Source of the DNA: Anthoceros angustus
Lineage: Eukaryota > Plantae > Anthocerotophyta
Direction of reading: 5' to 3'
Length of the DNA stretch: 64,000 nucleotides
Assembly: GCA_010909165.1 (NCBI GenBank)
Contig: MU008153.1
Span: 806,001-870,000, forward strand
Every line of letters begins with the position of its first letter. Position 1 is the stretch's first letter. The notes beneath the pieces were generated by a model that saw only the letters and a list, made by a program, of their open reading frames with translations, was not told the DNA's origin and did no database searches. Shown here in pieces: positions 63,900 through 64,000 of the stretch. Made by a program: the position numbers and the translations under genes.

Positions 63900-64000
63900 T
63901 CTCGGGATGTTAACCCCGAAACCCAAGGAACAGGGTTTGGGATGTCAACCCCAAAGCCGAAGGAATAGGGTTTAGCATGTCAACCCCAAAGCTGAGGTTG
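63900..64000. repeat. ~34-bp tandem repeat running off the window
   Basis: (G/C)ATGT(T/C)AACCCC(G/A)AA(A/G)C..AAGGAA(C/T)AGGGTTT x3. Confidence 0.75.

Overview
Eukaryotic nuclear DNA from a non-seed land plant, most likely a hornwort or similar. This is inferred from compact GC-rich genes with ~60-100 bp GT-AG introns and a PLS-class PPR with a 'WW' PG-box. Recognisable host genes: two STIG1-like cysteine-rich secreted peptides in an ~11.4 kb-spaced segmental duplication, a PLS-E PPR editing factor with an internal 924-bp duplication, HEI10, ATP-dependent PEP carboxykinase, an At1g32220-like NAD(P)-binding protein, and head-to-head with it a WASH1 (WASHC1) Arp2/3 activator with WAHD, poly-Pro and VCA modules. 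The rest is transposon-derived: a Tourist-like MITE with a paralogous empty site, a duplicated Sola-like transposase pseudogene, LINE relics and many minisatellites. The most unusual object is a ~4 kb foldback-like element with long modular inverted ends. It carries one intronless AT-rich 528-aa multi-pass membrane gene of the plant tweety/prominin-like (At2g12400-type) family, and two further decayed fragments of it lie elsewhere in the window. Homopolymer indels in a conserved enzyme and three near-identical tandem duplications suggest long-read assembly error affects some frameshifts. All calls were made by eye from motif recall; no searches were run, and repeat and exon boundaries are approximate unless stated.
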